Origin: an uncultured Candidatus Rokubacteria bacterium
Lineage (GTDB): Bacteria > Methylomirabilota > Methylomirabilia > Rokubacteriales > CSP1-6
Direction of reading: 5' to 3'
Assembly: GCA_963747235.1 (NCBI GenBank)
Contig: CAVVEU010000040.1
Span: 288,001-352,000, forward strand
Length of the DNA: 64,000 nucleotides
Made by a program: the position numbers and the translations under genes
Shown here: positions 22,070 through 33,134 of the stretch, piece after piece
How positions within the stretch are numbered: position 1 is the stretch's first letter
Layout: each line of letters begins with the position of its first letter
The notes under the pieces: generated by a model
The model's database searches: none
What the model saw: only the letters and a program-made list of their open reading frames with translations
Told to the model about the DNA's origin: nothing

Positions 22070-22458
22070 GCGTGCGGTCCGTCGAGTACCTCGTCGCGCG
22101 CACGCTCCTGGCGGGCGGGCTCATCGGCATCGCGCTGATCCTCGCCGGAGGCGCGCTCTACGCGCTCCACGGAGGCTTTCACCACCACGCGGTCCACCTG
22201 ACCCGGCCGGGCGACGGCAGGGCGCCGGGCGTCTTCACCTCTGTGCGCCAGGTGGTTGATGGGCTCCGCGGGCGGCCCATGGATGCCCTCGCGGTGACCG
22301 CGCTCGGGCTCGTCGCGCTGATGGCCACGCCGATCGTCGCGGTCGCGCTGGCGATCCCGGCCTTCCTGCGTGCGGGCGACCGGCGCTATGCCGCGATCGC
22401 CGCGATCGTGCTCGCGATGCTCGTGGTGAGCCTGGCCGTGGCGGGCGGCATTCACTAG
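22066..22458 (+). CDS. DUF1634-like membrane protein
   Basis: ATGA overlap with the TSUP gene; three hydrophobic segments; LGLVALMATPIVAV. The usual partner of this TSUP subfamily. Confidence 0.8.
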   Translation: MSVRSVEYLVARTLLAGGLIGIALILAGGALYALHGGFHHHAVHLTRPGDGRAPGVFTSVRQVVDGLRGRPMDALAVTALGLVALMATPIVAVALAIPAFLRAGDRRYAAIAAIVLAMLVVSLAVAGGIH

Positions 22459-22470
22459 CGCCGGGCGGGC

Positions 22471-22902
22471 TCAGTCCCCCTCGCCCGGCCGCGCCCGCCA
22501 GCGCTTCACGTTCGCCCGCCGCTTCTTGCCCGCCAGCCGCCGCCCTTTCGCGCCCGCGGAGGGCCGCGTCTTCACGCGCCGGCGCGGCACCACGAGTGCG
22601 GCGCGGATCAGCTCGGCCACGCGGGCGCGCGCGTCCTCCAGGTTGCGCGCCTGGTTGCGCGTCACCTGGCTGACGACCATCAGGCGCCCTTCCGCGTCGA
22701 GCCGGTTCTGGGCGAGGCGAAGCAGGCGCGCCCGCGCGTCGTCGGGCAGCCCCTCGATCGCGGGCAGGTCCACGCGCAGGTCGATCTTGGTCGAGACCTT
22801 GTTCACGTTCTGGCCACCCGGCCCCGACGCCCGCGCCGCGTGCACGGTCAGCGCGGAGGCCGGCACGCGCACGTCCGCGGTCACGACGATCGCGTCGGCC
22901 AT
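22471..22902 (-). CDS. arfB: Alternative ribosome-rescue peptidyl-tRNA hydrolase ArfB
   Basis: RASGPGGQNVNKVST, RNQARNLEDA, basic tail KTRPSAGAKGRRLAGKKRRANVKRWR. Confidence 0.93.
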   Translation of the reverse strand: MADAIVVTADVRVPASALTVHAARASGPGGQNVNKVSTKIDLRVDLPAIEGLPDDARARLLRLAQNRLDAEGRLMVVSQVTRNQARNLEDARARVAELIRAALVVPRRRVKTRPSAGAKGRRLAGKKRRANVKRWRARPGEGD

Positions 22903-23232
22903 GGCGCGGGTGTCGCGGGCAGTGCGGCGTGGAGCGCGGTGACGAACTCGTCGGGCGCGGCTCGGCGAGAGCACGACGAGGCCACCCCGAGTGTGGACGA
23001 ACACCAGGTCGTCGGTATTGGTGATCGCCAGATAGTGCCAGCCGGTGCGCGGGTTCCAGCGCGGCCCGTGCGAGCCGAAGAGGCCGTTGACGCCGGCGGA
23101 GAGCAGGCCGCCGATCGGGCGCGGCTCGCGGTCGCAGCCGGTGATGCGATCGTAGGGGATGAGCCGCCTCGCCCAGCGCCGCTCGAGGCGCAGGCCGCCT
23201 TCATCGAGCGTGTAGCCGCTCGGCGCGAAGCC
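22545..23232. repeat. Direct duplicate (copy B, intact source) of 20277-20965
   Basis: Same similarity as described for copy A. Confidence 0.9.
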
Positions 23233-23406
23233 CTGGATCATCCAGAGCGCGCCCAGGAACGGCAGCGGCAGGATGAGCAGGCTCGCGTCGCCGGAGCTGG
23301 CGACCAGCGCGACCGACAGGAGAAACGGCCCGCCGAAGCCGAGCCCGATGCCCACCACCCCGGCGAGGAGTCGCTGCTTTCGCCCGAGGACGGCCGGGAA
23401 GTGCAC
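22881..23406 (-). CDS. Bacterial PH-domain membrane protein; frameshift near 22965
   Basis: Two N-terminal TM helices followed by GxNGLFGSHG...VVLSP..PDEF, a bPH-like pattern. Confidence 0.7.
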
Positions 23407-23419
23407 GCGGCCTCCCCGG

Positions 23420-23845
23420 CTAGCGGGGGAAGATCTCGAGCGCGCCGAAGAAGTAGGGGATCTCGAAGGCGGCCGACTCGGGCGAGTCGGAGCCGTGGAC
23501 CGCGTTGGCCTCGATCGACGACGCGAAGTCCTTGCGAATCGTCCCCGCCGCGGCCTTGGCCGGATCCGTGGCGCCCATCAGCTCGCGCAGGCGCGTGATC
23601 GCGCTCTCGCCCTCGAGCACGATCGGCATGCACGGGCCCTGGGTCATGAACGCGCAGAGGCTCGCGTAGAACGGCCGCTCCTTGTGCACGATGTAGAAAC
23701 CGCCGGCCTGGGCCGCGCTCAGATGGATCAGCTTGGCGGCGAGCACCTTGAGGCCCTCCTGCTCGAAGCGGGCGATGATCTGCCCCGACACGCCCTTGGC
23801 GACGGCATCCGGCTTGATGATGGTGAGAGTGCGCTGGACGGCCAT
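23420..23845 (-). CDS. ndk: Nucleoside diphosphate kinase
   Basis: [33 protein letters not shown]. Confidence 0.97.
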   Translation of the reverse strand: MAVQRTLTIIKPDAVAKGVSGQIIARFEQEGLKVLAAKLIHLSAAQAGGFYIVHKERPFYASLCAFMTQGPCMPIVLEGESAITRLRELMGATDPAKAAAGTIRKDFASSIEANAVHGSDSPESAAFEIPYFFGALEIFPR

Positions 23846-23858
23846 CGCGGAGGGGTCC

Positions 23859-24737
23859 CTACCCTTTCTTGCCCACCACACGCGCCACGGTGGCGCCCAT
23901 GTCGGCGGGGCTCTTGACGGTGGTGATGCCGGCGGCCTCCATGGCGGCCATCTTCTCCGCGGCGGTGCCCTTGCCGCCCGCGATGATGGCGCCGGCGTGG
24001 CCCATGCGGCGGCCGGGCGGCGCGGTTTGACCACAGATGAACCCGACGACCGGCTTGGTGACGTGGGCCTTGATGTAGGCGGCAGCCTCTTCCTCGGCGG
24101 TGCCGCCGATCTCGCCGATCATCATGATCGAGGTCGTCTCGGGATCGGCCTGGAAGAGCTTCAGCACGTCGATGAAGTTGGTGCCGTTGACCGGGTCGCC
24201 CCCGATGCCGACGCAGGAGGACTGCCCGAGCCCGCGCTGGGTGAGCTGGTGGACGACCTCGTAGGTCAGCGTGCCGCTGCGCGAGACCACGCCCACGTTG
24301 CCGACCTTGTGGATGTGGCCCGGCATGATCCCGATCTTGGCCTGGCCCGGCGTGATCAGCCCCGGGCAGTTCGGCCCGATGAGGCGGCTCGAGGTGCGGG
24401 CGAGAAAGGCCTTCACGCGCACCATGTCCGCGACGGGCACGCCCTCGGTGATGCAGACGACGAGCGGCACGCCCGCGTCGGCCGCTTCCATCATGGCGTC
24501 GGCCGCGGCGGGCGGCGGCACGAAGATCAGCGCGCAGTCGGCGCCGGTGGCCTTGACCGCCTCCTCCACCGTGTTCCAGACCGCGAAGCCCTCGTGGGTC
24601 GTCCCGCCCTTGCCCGGCGTCACGCCACCCACCACCTGGGTGCCGTACTCCTTGCACCGCGCGGCGTGGAAGGCGCCCTCCTTGCCGGTGATGCCCTGCA
24701 CCAGCACCCGCGTGTTCTTGTCGACCAGGATGCTCAT
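23859..24737 (-). CDS. sucD: Succinyl-CoA synthetase alpha subunit
   Basis: [35 protein letters not shown]. Confidence 0.97.
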   Translation of the reverse strand: MSILVDKNTRVLVQGITGKEGAFHAARCKEYGTQVVGGVTPGKGGTTHEGFAVWNTVEEAVKATGADCALIFVPPPAAADAMMEAADAGVPLVVCITEGVPVADMVRVKAFLARTSSRLIGPNCPGLITPGQAKIGIMPGHIHKVGNVGVVSRSGTLTYEVVHQLTQRGLGQSSCVGIGGDPVNGTNFIDVLKLFQADPETTSIMMIGEIGGTAEEEAAAYIKAHVTKPVVGFICGQTAPPGRRMGHAGAIIAGGKGTAAEKMAAMEAAGITTVKSPADMGATVARVVGKKG

Positions 24738-24814
24738 CTATCTAGCCTTACCGCGATCTTTCTTCGGTTTGGCGGTTGGGCCTCTTCGCCCGGCGGGCTC
24801 ATCGGGGCGCCTGA

Positions 24815-25984
24815 TCATCGCGATGCCCCCCGCGCGAGCGCGACCACCTTCTGCGCGCCCTCGCCCATGTCGTTGACCATGACGAGGGCCAGGCCCGACT
24901 CGGCCAGCATCTTCTTGCCCTGCTCCACGTTGGTGCCCTCGGCGCGCAGCACCACCGGCAGCGTCAGGCCCAGCTTCTTGACCGCTGAGATGATGCCCTC
25001 GGCGAGCCGGTCCACCCGGAGGATCCCCCCGAAGACATTGATGAAGATCGCCTTCACGCTCGGTCCGACGAGATGATGCGGAAGGCGCTCTCGATCTGCT
25101 CGGGCGAGGCGCCGCCGCCCACGTCCAGGAAGTTGGCGGGCTCGCCGCCGGCCAGCTTGACGATGTCCATGGTGGCCATCGCGAGGCCCGCCCCGTTGAC
25201 CATGCAGCCCACGTTGCCGTCGAGCTTGATGTAGTTGAGGCCGTGCTTCGAGGCCTCCACGTCGAGCGGCGTCTCCTCGTTGATGTCGCGGAGCGCGACG
25301 ACGTCCTTGTGGCGGTAGAGCGCGTTGTCGTCGAAGTTGAGCTTGGCGTCGAGCGCCAGGACGCGCCCGTCCTTGGTGACCACCAGAGGGTTGATCTCGG
25401 CCAGCGAGCAGTCCTCGGTCGAGATAGGCCCGGAAGAGATTCATGATCAGGGCCACGCCCGCCTTGAACTGATCGCCCGTGAGCCCCAGGCCGAAGGCCA
25501 GGTTGCGGGCCTGGAAGGCCTGCAGCCCGAGCGCGGGGTCCGTCCACTCCCGGATGATCCGCTCCGGGTGCGTGGCCGCGACCTCCTCGATGTCCATGCC
25601 GCCGGCCTGCGAGGCCATCACCACGTGGGTGCCGCGGCCGCGGTCGAGCGTCATCGAGAGGTAGAGCTCGGTGGCGATCGGCGAGGCCTCCTCCACCAGC
25701 ACCTTGAGCACCTTGATGCCCTCGGGCGGGGTCTGCGGGGTCTTGAGCATCATGCCGAGGATCTGCTTGGCCGCGGCCTCGGCGCCCGCCGCGTCGTCGG
25801 CCAGCTTCACGCCGCCGGCCTTGCCGCGCCCGCCCGCGTGCACCTGGGCCTTCACCACGACTCGGCCGCCCAGCTTCTGGGCAATGGCGCGGGCCTGGGC
25901 CGGGGTCTCGGCCACGTCCCCGTTCGGCACGGGCACGCCGAACTCCTTCAGGATCGCCTTGCCCTGATACTCGTGGATCTTCAT
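24815..25984 (-). CDS. sucC: Succinyl-CoA synthetase beta subunit; two compensating frameshifts (~25425, ~25060)
   Basis: [63 protein letters not shown]. Confidence 0.95.
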   Translation of the reverse strand: MKIHEYQGKAILKEFGVPVPNGDVAETPAQARAIAQKLGGRVVVKAQVHAGGRGKAGGVKLADDAAGAEAAAKQILGMMLKTPQTPPEGIKVLKVLVEEASPIATELYLSMTLDRGRGTHVVMASQAGGMDIEEVAATHPERIIREWTDPALGLQAFQARNLAFGLGLTGDQFKAGVALIMNLFRAYLDRGLLAGRDQPSGGHQGRARPGARRQAQLRRQRALPPQGRRRAPRHQRGDAARRGGLEARPQLHQARRQRGLHGQRGGPRDGHHGHRQAGRRRARQLPGRGRRRLARADRERLPHHLVGPSVKAIFINVFGGILRVDRLAEGIISAVKKLGLTLPVVLRAEGTNVEQGKKMLAESGLALVMVNDMGEGAQKVVALARGASR

Positions 25985-25988
25985 GCGA

Positions 25989-26744
25989 TCAGGGCGTCGC
26001 CTTCTTGTGGCCCCGGAGCTTCCGGACCACCCACACGATAGGATCGAAGTTGTCGGCCATCCGCTCCTTGAGCGGGATGATGCCGTTGTCGGTGATGTGG
26101 ATGTGCTCGGGGCAGACCTCGGTGCAGCACTTGGTGATGTTGCAGAGCCCGACCCCCGCCTGCTCGCGCATGAACTCGGTGCGGTCCCGGGTGTCGAGCG
26201 GGTGCATCTCGAGCCCGGCGATCTTGATGAAGAAGCGCGGGCCCGAGAAGCTCTTCTTCAGGTCGTGGTCGCGGATGACGTGGCAGACGTCCTGGCACAG
26301 GAAGCACTCGATGCACTTGTGGAATTCCTGGCCGCGATCGACGTCCTCCTGCATCATCCGGTACTTGCCGTCGGCATCCGGCGGCTTCAGTCGCAGCGGC
26401 GGCACCTGCTTGGCCTTCTCGTAGTTGTAGGAGACGTCGGTGACCAGGTCCCGGATCAACGGGAAGGCCCGGATGGGCGCCACCGAGATGGGTTCGCCCT
26501 CCTTGAAGATGTCCATCCGGGTCATGCACATGAGCCGGGGCTTGCCGTTGATCTCCGCGCTGCACGAGCCGCACTTGCCCGCCTTGCAGTTCCAGCGGCA
26601 GGCCAGGTCGTGGGCCTGGGTGGCCTGGATGCGGTGGATGACGTCGAGCACGACCATGCCCTCGCCGCCCTCGACCTGGTACTCCTTGAAGTCGCCGGCC
26701 TCCGGGCTGCCGCGGAACACGCGCATCGTGAAGGTCGTCGCCAT
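25989..26744 (-). CDS. sdhB: Succinate dehydrogenase iron-sulfur subunit (Rv0247c/Sdh1-like)
   Basis: WNCKAGKCGSCS, CIECFLCQDVC, CNITKCCTEVCPEHIHITDNGIIPLKER. Confidence 0.92.
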   Translation of the reverse strand: MATTFTMRVFRGSPEAGDFKEYQVEGGEGMVVLDVIHRIQATQAHDLACRWNCKAGKCGSCSAEINGKPRLMCMTRMDIFKEGEPISVAPIRAFPLIRDLVTDVSYNYEKAKQVPPLRLKPPDADGKYRMMQEDVDRGQEFHKCIECFLCQDVCHVIRDHDLKKSFSGPRFFIKIAGLEMHPLDTRDRTEFMREQAGVGLCNITKCCTEVCPEHIHITDNGIIPLKERMADNFDPIVWVVRKLRGHKKATP

Positions 26745-28546
26745 CACTTTCTCTCCTGGAAGAGGGCCCGGAGCTCGGCGGGCATCTGGGGCAGCGGCTC
26801 GCGCCGGAGCTCGAGCGCGCCGTCGCGCTGGCGCAGCACCAGGTTGACGGTGCCCCACTGGTCGTCCGTGTACGGGTGGTCCTCGCGGGTGTGGCCTCCG
26901 CGGCTCTCCTTGCGCTCGAGCGCCGCCATCGCGCAGCACTCGGCCACCGTGAGCAGCGAGCCGAGGTCGAGCGCGGTGTGCCAGGCCGGGTTGTAGATTC
27001 GCCCGCCCTCCACGCGCACCTTCCCGGCGCGCTGCTTGAGCCCTTCGAGCTTCTTGAGGGCCTCCTTGAGCTCCGCCTCGACGCGGATGATCCCGACCAG
27101 GTTCTGCATCGTCTCCTGCAGATCGGCCTGGATCGAGTAGGGATTCTCGCTGCCGGTGCGGCTGAAGGGCTCGAGGATCTGCCGGGCGAGGGACTCCACC
27201 TGCCCCGAGTCCACCGCGATCTGCCCGCCCATGTTCTTGGCATAGAGTGCCGCGTGCAGTCCCGCGCGGCGGCCGAAAACCAGGAGATCCGAGAGTGAGT
27301 TGCCGCCGAGACGATTGGAGCCGTGGAGCCCGCCGGCCGCCTCGCCGGCCGCGAAGAGACCGGGCACCGTGGCGGCGGTGGAGTCGGCATCGACCCGCAC
27401 CCCGCCCATCACGTAGTGGCAGGTGGGCCCGACCTCCATCGGCTCCTTGGTGATATCCACGCCCGCCAGCTCCTTGAACTGATGGTACATGGACGGGAGC
27501 CGCTTCCGGATGTAGTCGACCGGCCGGCGCGAGGCGATGTCGAGGAAGACGCCGCCGTGCGGGCTTCCCCGACCGGCCTTCACCTCCGAGTTGATGGCGC
27601 GGGCGACCTCGTCCCGGGGCAGCAGGTCGGCGGTGCGGCGATTGTTCTTCTTGTCGGTGTACCAGCGGTCGGCTTCTTCTTCGTTGTCCGCGGTCTCTCC
27701 CTTGAAGAACTCGGGGATGTAGTTGAACATGAACCGCTCACCCTTGTTGTTCTTGAGCGTCCCGCCGTCACCCCGCACGCTCTCCGTCACCAGGATGCCG
27801 CGCACCGACGGGGGCCATACCATGCCCGTCGGGTGGAACTGGACGAACTCCATGTCGATCAGGTCCGCCCCCGCCCAGAGCGCCAGCGATTGGCCGTCGC
27901 CGGTGTACTCCCAGGAGTTGGAGGTGATCTTCCAGGCCTTGCCGATGCCGCCGGTGGCCAGCACCACCGCCTTGGCCTTGAAGAGGACGAACTTGCCGGT
28001 ATTGCGCCAGTAGCCGAAGGCGCCGGCGACGCGGTCGCCGTCCTTGAGCAGCCGCTCGATCTTGCACTCCATGTACACGTCGATGCCCTGGTGGATGCTG
28101 TGGTACTGGAGCGTGCGGATCATCTCGAGCCCGGTGCGGTCGCCCACGTGGGCCAGGCGCGCGTACCGGTGCCCGCCGAAATCACGCTGGAGGATGAGGC
28201 CGTCCTTGGTGCGGTCGAAGAGCGCGCCGTAGCGCTCCAGCTCCAGCACGCGGTCCGGCGCCTCCTGGGCGTGGAGCTGGGCCATGCGCCAGTTGTTGAG
28301 CATCTTGCCGCCGCGCATGGTGTCCCGGAAGTGGACCTGCCAGTTGTCCTCCGGGTAGACGTTGCCCATGGCCGCGGCGATGCCGCCCTCGGCCATCACG
28401 GTGTGGGCCTTGCCGAGGAGCGACTTGCAGACGAGCCCCACCGACGCGCCCTGAGCGGCCGCCTCGATGGCCGCCCGCAGGCCGGCGCCGCCCGCCCCGA
28501 TGACCAGGACGTCGTGCTCGTGCGTCTCGTATTCCACGGTCGCCAT
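26744..28546 (-). CDS. sdhA: Succinate dehydrogenase flavoprotein (Rv0248c/Sdh1-like)
   Basis: GAGGAG, KAHTVMAEGG (covalent-FAD His), QFHPTG, VTESVRGDGG, PRDEVAR, CHYVMGG, NRLGGNS. Confidence 0.93.
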   Translation of the reverse strand: MATVEYETHEHDVLVIGAGGAGLRAAIEAAAQGASVGLVCKSLLGKAHTVMAEGGIAAAMGNVYPEDNWQVHFRDTMRGGKMLNNWRMAQLHAQEAPDRVLELERYGALFDRTKDGLILQRDFGGHRYARLAHVGDRTGLEMIRTLQYHSIHQGIDVYMECKIERLLKDGDRVAGAFGYWRNTGKFVLFKAKAVVLATGGIGKAWKITSNSWEYTGDGQSLALWAGADLIDMEFVQFHPTGMVWPPSVRGILVTESVRGDGGTLKNNKGERFMFNYIPEFFKGETADNEEEADRWYTDKKNNRRTADLLPRDEVARAINSEVKAGRGSPHGGVFLDIASRRPVDYIRKRLPSMYHQFKELAGVDITKEPMEVGPTCHYVMGGVRVDADSTAATVPGLFAAGEAAGGLHGSNRLGGNSLSDLLVFGRRAGLHAALYAKNMGGQIAVDSGQVESLARQILEPFSRTGSENPYSIQADLQETMQNLVGIIRVEAELKEALKKLEGLKQRAGKVRVEGGRIYNPAWHTALDLGSLLTVAECCAMAALERKESRGGHTREDHPYTDDQWGTVNLVLRQRDGALELRREPLPQMPAELRALFQERK

Positions 28547-29367
28547 CAGATGATCCTCCAGTCGCGGATGATCCCCATGGAGACCAGCCGGATGTAGAGA
28601 TCCGTCAGGCCCACGCTGAAGAGGGACAGCCAGGCGAACATCGGGTGCTTCTCGTTGAGCCGGGTGATCCCGCGCCACAGGCTATGCCGCACCGGAGCCT
28701 TCGAGAAGACGTCCACCACCCCGCCGCACACGTGCCGGCAGGAGTGGCAGGAGAACGTGTAGCCGGCCAGGAACACCACGTTGATCCACATCACGATGGT
28801 CCCGACCCCGATCCCGAAGCCGTCCTTGAAGCGGAAGGCCAGGATCGCGTCCCAGGTCAGCATCACGATGAACAGCACCGCCACGTACCAGGTGTAGCGG
28901 TGGAAGTTCTGGAGGAAGAGCGGGAAGCGCGTCTCCCCGGAGTATCCGGACTTGGCGTCCCGCACCGCGCAGGCCGCCGGGGCCAGCCAGAAGGAGCGGT
29001 AGTAGGCCTTGCGGTAGTAGTAGCAGGTGAGGCGGAAGAGGCCCGGGCCCCCCAGGATGAGGAACGCGGGCGACACCACGCCGATGATCGGGAACGTGAA
29101 GTCGGGCAGGGTCCACCCGCCGAAGCTGTGGTGCAGGCACGCCTTGGTGAGGCAGGGCGAGTAGAAGGGCGAGAGATACGGGTCCACGAAGTAGTGCGCG
29201 CCCTGGAACGCGGCCCACGTCGAGTAGACGATGAAGGACAGCAGGACCACCACCACCGTGAGCGGCAGCGCCCACCACGAATCCTTCCGCAGGTGCGCCG
29301 CCGCGATCGGCGGCCGCGCCTCCCCGAGGATCCGCCCGCCCTGCCTCTGCGCCGTTGCGCCGTTCAT
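28546..29367 (-). CDS. Succinate dehydrogenase membrane anchor, Rv0249c-like (single subunit)
   Basis: YLSPFYSPC, FRLTCYYYRKAYYRSF, YSGETRFP, QNFHRY, YTFSCHSCRH, DLYIRL; lies directly upstream of sdhA. Confidence 0.85.
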   Translation of the reverse strand: MNGATAQRQGGRILGEARPPIAAAHLRKDSWWALPLTVVVVLLSFIVYSTWAAFQGAHYFVDPYLSPFYSPCLTKACLHHSFGGWTLPDFTFPIIGVVSPAFLILGGPGLFRLTCYYYRKAYYRSFWLAPAACAVRDAKSGYSGETRFPLFLQNFHRYTWYVAVLFIVMLTWDAILAFRFKDGFGIGVGTIVMWINVVFLAGYTFSCHSCRHVCGGVVDVFSKAPVRHSLWRGITRLNEKHPMFAWLSLFSVGLTDLYIRLVSMGIIRDWRII

Positions 29368-29942
29368 GCGTTCTCCCTCGCGTAGGCCTTCATGCCGTCC
29401 TGGTAGAGATCGCCGCCGTGGCAGTCGTTGACCACGATGGCGGGGAACCCCGCGACCTCGAGCCGGCGGATGGCCTCGGTGCCCAGATCCTCGTAGGCCA
29501 CGATCTCGAGCTTCTTCACGAAGCCCGAGAGCACCGCGCCCGCGCCGCCGATGGCCCCGAAGTAGACGCCCTTGTGCTGGCGGAGCGCGTCCTTGACCGG
29601 CTGGGAGCGCACGCCCTTGCCGAGCGTGCCCTTGAGCCCCAGGGCCAGGAGCTTCGGGGTGAACTTGTCCATGCGCCCGCCGGTGGTGGGGCCGATGGAG
29701 CCCACCACGTCGCCGGGCCGCGCGGGCGAGGGCCCGGTGTAGTAGATGATCTGGCCCCGCACGTCGATGGGCAGCGGCTGGCCCGCGTCCATCAGCGGCA
29801 GCAGGCGCGCGTGCGCCGCGTCGCGCGCGGTGTACATCACCCCGGTGATGCGCACCCGGTCCCCCGCCTGGAGCGATTCGATGTCGGCGTCGCTGAGCGG
29901 CGGCGTGACGTCCTTGATCCCGTCCGCGCCGGTGGTGATCAT
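29364..29942 (-). CDS. Class I (Fe-S) fumarate hydratase beta subunit
   Basis: TARDAAH, GPTTGGRMD, LGKG, EDLGTEA, DCHGGDLY. Confidence 0.92.
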   Translation of the reverse strand: MITTGADGIKDVTPPLSDADIESLQAGDRVRITGVMYTARDAAHARLLPLMDAGQPLPIDVRGQIIYYTGPSPARPGDVVGSIGPTTGGRMDKFTPKLLALGLKGTLGKGVRSQPVKDALRQHKGVYFGAIGGAGAVLSGFVKKLEIVAYEDLGTEAIRRLEVAGFPAIVVNDCHGGDLYQDGMKAYARENA

Positions 29943-29954
29943 CGTCCCGCTCTC

Positions 29955-30048
29955 CCCTCTCCCCTCTGGGGAGAGGGCCAGGGTGAAGGGCTCGAACGCG
30001 CGAGCCCTTCCACCCTCACCCCTACCCTCTCCCTGGAAGGGAGAGGGG
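29955..30048. repeat. Inverted doublet of CCCTCTCCC/GGGAGAGGG REP-like elements
   Basis: CCCTCTCCCCTCTGGGGAGAGGGCCAGGGTGAAGGG ... CCCTCACCCCTACCCTCTCCCTGGAAGGGAGAGGG, between the two fumarase genes. Confidence 0.8.
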
Positions 30049-30058
30049 GTCGGAACGC

Positions 30059-30901
30059 TCACAGCGAGACCTCCTTGTGGCGATGCGCGTGGCACTCGAT
30101 CGTCACCGCCACCGGCAGGCTCGTGATGTGGCAGGGGTACGTGAGGATGTGGATGCCGAACGCGGTGGTGTCGCCGCCGTAGCCCTGGGGCCCGATGCCG
30201 AGCCGGTTGGCGCGCTCGAGGACTTCATGCTCGATCGCCGCGACCGTCGGGTCCGGATTGGGCGCGCCCAGCTCGCGGAAGAGCGCCTTCTTGCTGAGCC
30301 GCGCGGCCTGCTCGAAGGTGCCGCCCACGCCGACGCCCGCGATCAGCGGCGGGCAGGCGTCGGGGCCCGCGGTGCGGATGCACTCGAGGATCCACTCCTT
30401 GACGCCGTCCACGCCCTCGGCGGGGGTGAGCATCTTGTACTTCGAGCGGTTCTCGCAGCCGCCCCCCTTGGCCATGATCTGGATGTGGAGCTCGCTGCCC
30501 GGCACCACGTCCAGGTGGATCACCGCCGGCGTGTTGTCGCCGGTGTTCACCCGGTCGAAGGGCGAGCGCACGATGGAGGCGCGGAGGTAGCCCTCCTTGT
30601 AGCCCTGGCGCACGCCCTCGTTGATGGCCTCGTAGAGGCCGCCGCCGGTGACGTGCACGTCCTGCCCCAGCTCGAGGAAGCAGACCACGAAGCCGGTGTC
30701 CTGGCAGTACGGGATCTTCTTGGTCCGCGCCAGCTCCGCGTTCTGCTGGAGGATCTGGAGCACCTGCCGCCCGGCCGGGGAGCGCTCGGTCTGGAGCGCG
30801 CCCGCGAAGGCCCGCAGCATGTCGGGCTCGAGCGAATAGTTCGCCTCCATGCAGAGCTTCTTGACCGCGTCGACGATCGCGGAGACGTGGATCTCGCGCA
30901 T
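30059..30901 (-). CDS. Class I (Fe-S) fumarate hydratase alpha subunit
   Basis: PYCQDTG, NTGDNTP, KGGGCEN, ACPP, GIGPQGYGG, CHITSLP, ECHAHRH. Confidence 0.93.
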   Translation of the reverse strand: MREIHVSAIVDAVKKLCMEANYSLEPDMLRAFAGALQTERSPAGRQVLQILQQNAELARTKKIPYCQDTGFVVCFLELGQDVHVTGGGLYEAINEGVRQGYKEGYLRASIVRSPFDRVNTGDNTPAVIHLDVVPGSELHIQIMAKGGGCENRSKYKMLTPAEGVDGVKEWILECIRTAGPDACPPLIAGVGVGGTFEQAARLSKKALFRELGAPNPDPTVAAIEHEVLERANRLGIGPQGYGGDTTAFGIHILTYPCHITSLPVAVTIECHAHRHKEVSL

Positions 30902-30910
30902 CGGATTCGG

Positions 30911-31843
30911 CTAGAGCTTGAGCTTGTCGACCAGCTCGCGCACCGCGGCGGCCGACTTGTCGAAGGCGGCCTGCTCGTCGGTCGGGAGCTTGATCTCGAT
31001 GATCTGCTCGACGCCCTTGCGGCCGAGCTTGACCGGCACGCCCACGTAGAGCCCCTTGGTGCCGTACTGGCCGGTCAGGTAGGCCGCGCAGGGCAGGATC
31101 TTCTTCTTGTCCTTGAGGATCGCCTCCACCATCTCCACCGCGGAGGCGGCCGGCGCGTAGTAGGCGCTGCCCGACTTGAGGAACGCCACGATCTCGGCCC
31201 CGCCGTTGGCGGTGCGCGTGACCAGGGCCTGGATCCGATCCGCCGGCAGCAGGTCCGTGATCGGGATGCCCGCCACCGTGGAGTAGCGCGGCAGCGGCAC
31301 CATGGTGTCGCCGTGGCCGCCCAGCACGAACGCGGTCACGTTCTCCACCGACACCTGCGAGCTCCTGGGCGATGAAGGTGCGGAAGCGCGCGGAGTCGAG
31401 CACCCCCGCCATGCCGATGACCCGCTCGGTGCGGGAAGCCCGACTTCTTCCAGGCGAGCTGCACCATGGCGTCGAGCGGGTTGGTGACCAGGATCAGGAT
31501 CGCGTTCTTCGAGCGGCTCACCACCTGCTCGACCACCGAGCCCACGATCTCCGCGTTCTTGAACAGGAGGTCGTCGCGGGTCATGCCCGGCTTCCGGGCC
31601 AGGCCCGCGGTGATCACCACGATGTCGGAGTCCGCCGTCTCGTCGTAGCCGTTGGTGCCGATCAGGCGGGAGTCGTAGCCGTGGATCGGGCCCGGCCTGG
31701 GCCAGGTCGAGCGCCTTGCCCTGCGGGATCCCCTCGACCACGTCCACCAGGACCACGTCGCCCAGCTCCCGCTCGACGGTGTACTGGGCGACGGAGGCGC
31801 CGACGTTGCCGGCGCCGATGACCGAGATCTTGGGCCGCGCCAT
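30911..31843 (-). CDS. mdh: Malate dehydrogenase (LDH-like); internal frameshifts
   Basis: [56 protein letters not shown]. Confidence 0.93.
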   Translation of the reverse strand: MARPKISVIGAGNVGASVAQYTVERELGDVVLVDVVEGIPQGKALDLAQAGPDPRLRLPPDRHQRLRRDGGLRHRGDHRGPGPEAGHDPRRPPVQERGDRGLGGRAGGEPLEERDPDPGHQPARRHGAARLEEVGLPAPSGSSAWRGCSTPRASAPSSPRSSQVSVENVTAFVLGGHGDTMVPLPRYSTVAGIPITDLLPADRIQALVTRTANGGAEIVAFLKSGSAYYAPAASAVEMVEAILKDKKKILPCAAYLTGQYGTKGLYVGVPVKLGRKGVEQIIEIKLPTDEQAAFDKSAAAVRELVDKLKL

Positions 31844-33110
<1,267 letters not shown>

Positions 33111-33134
33111 TGGAGCGTCTCCCCTTGCTCAAAG

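Noticed and set aside
14322-22458. Prophage, IS element or integrative element
   Set aside because: The region looks accessory (gene remnants, a duplication, more A/T-ending codons by eye), but no integrase, transposase, phage gene or att site is visible.
22471-23406. Membrane-anchored PH-ArfB fusion protein
   Set aside because: The duplicate copy (20613-20965) shows the PH gene ending in its own frame (SPRRPDEF...WPTRSS), so the fusion comes from an indel near 22965.
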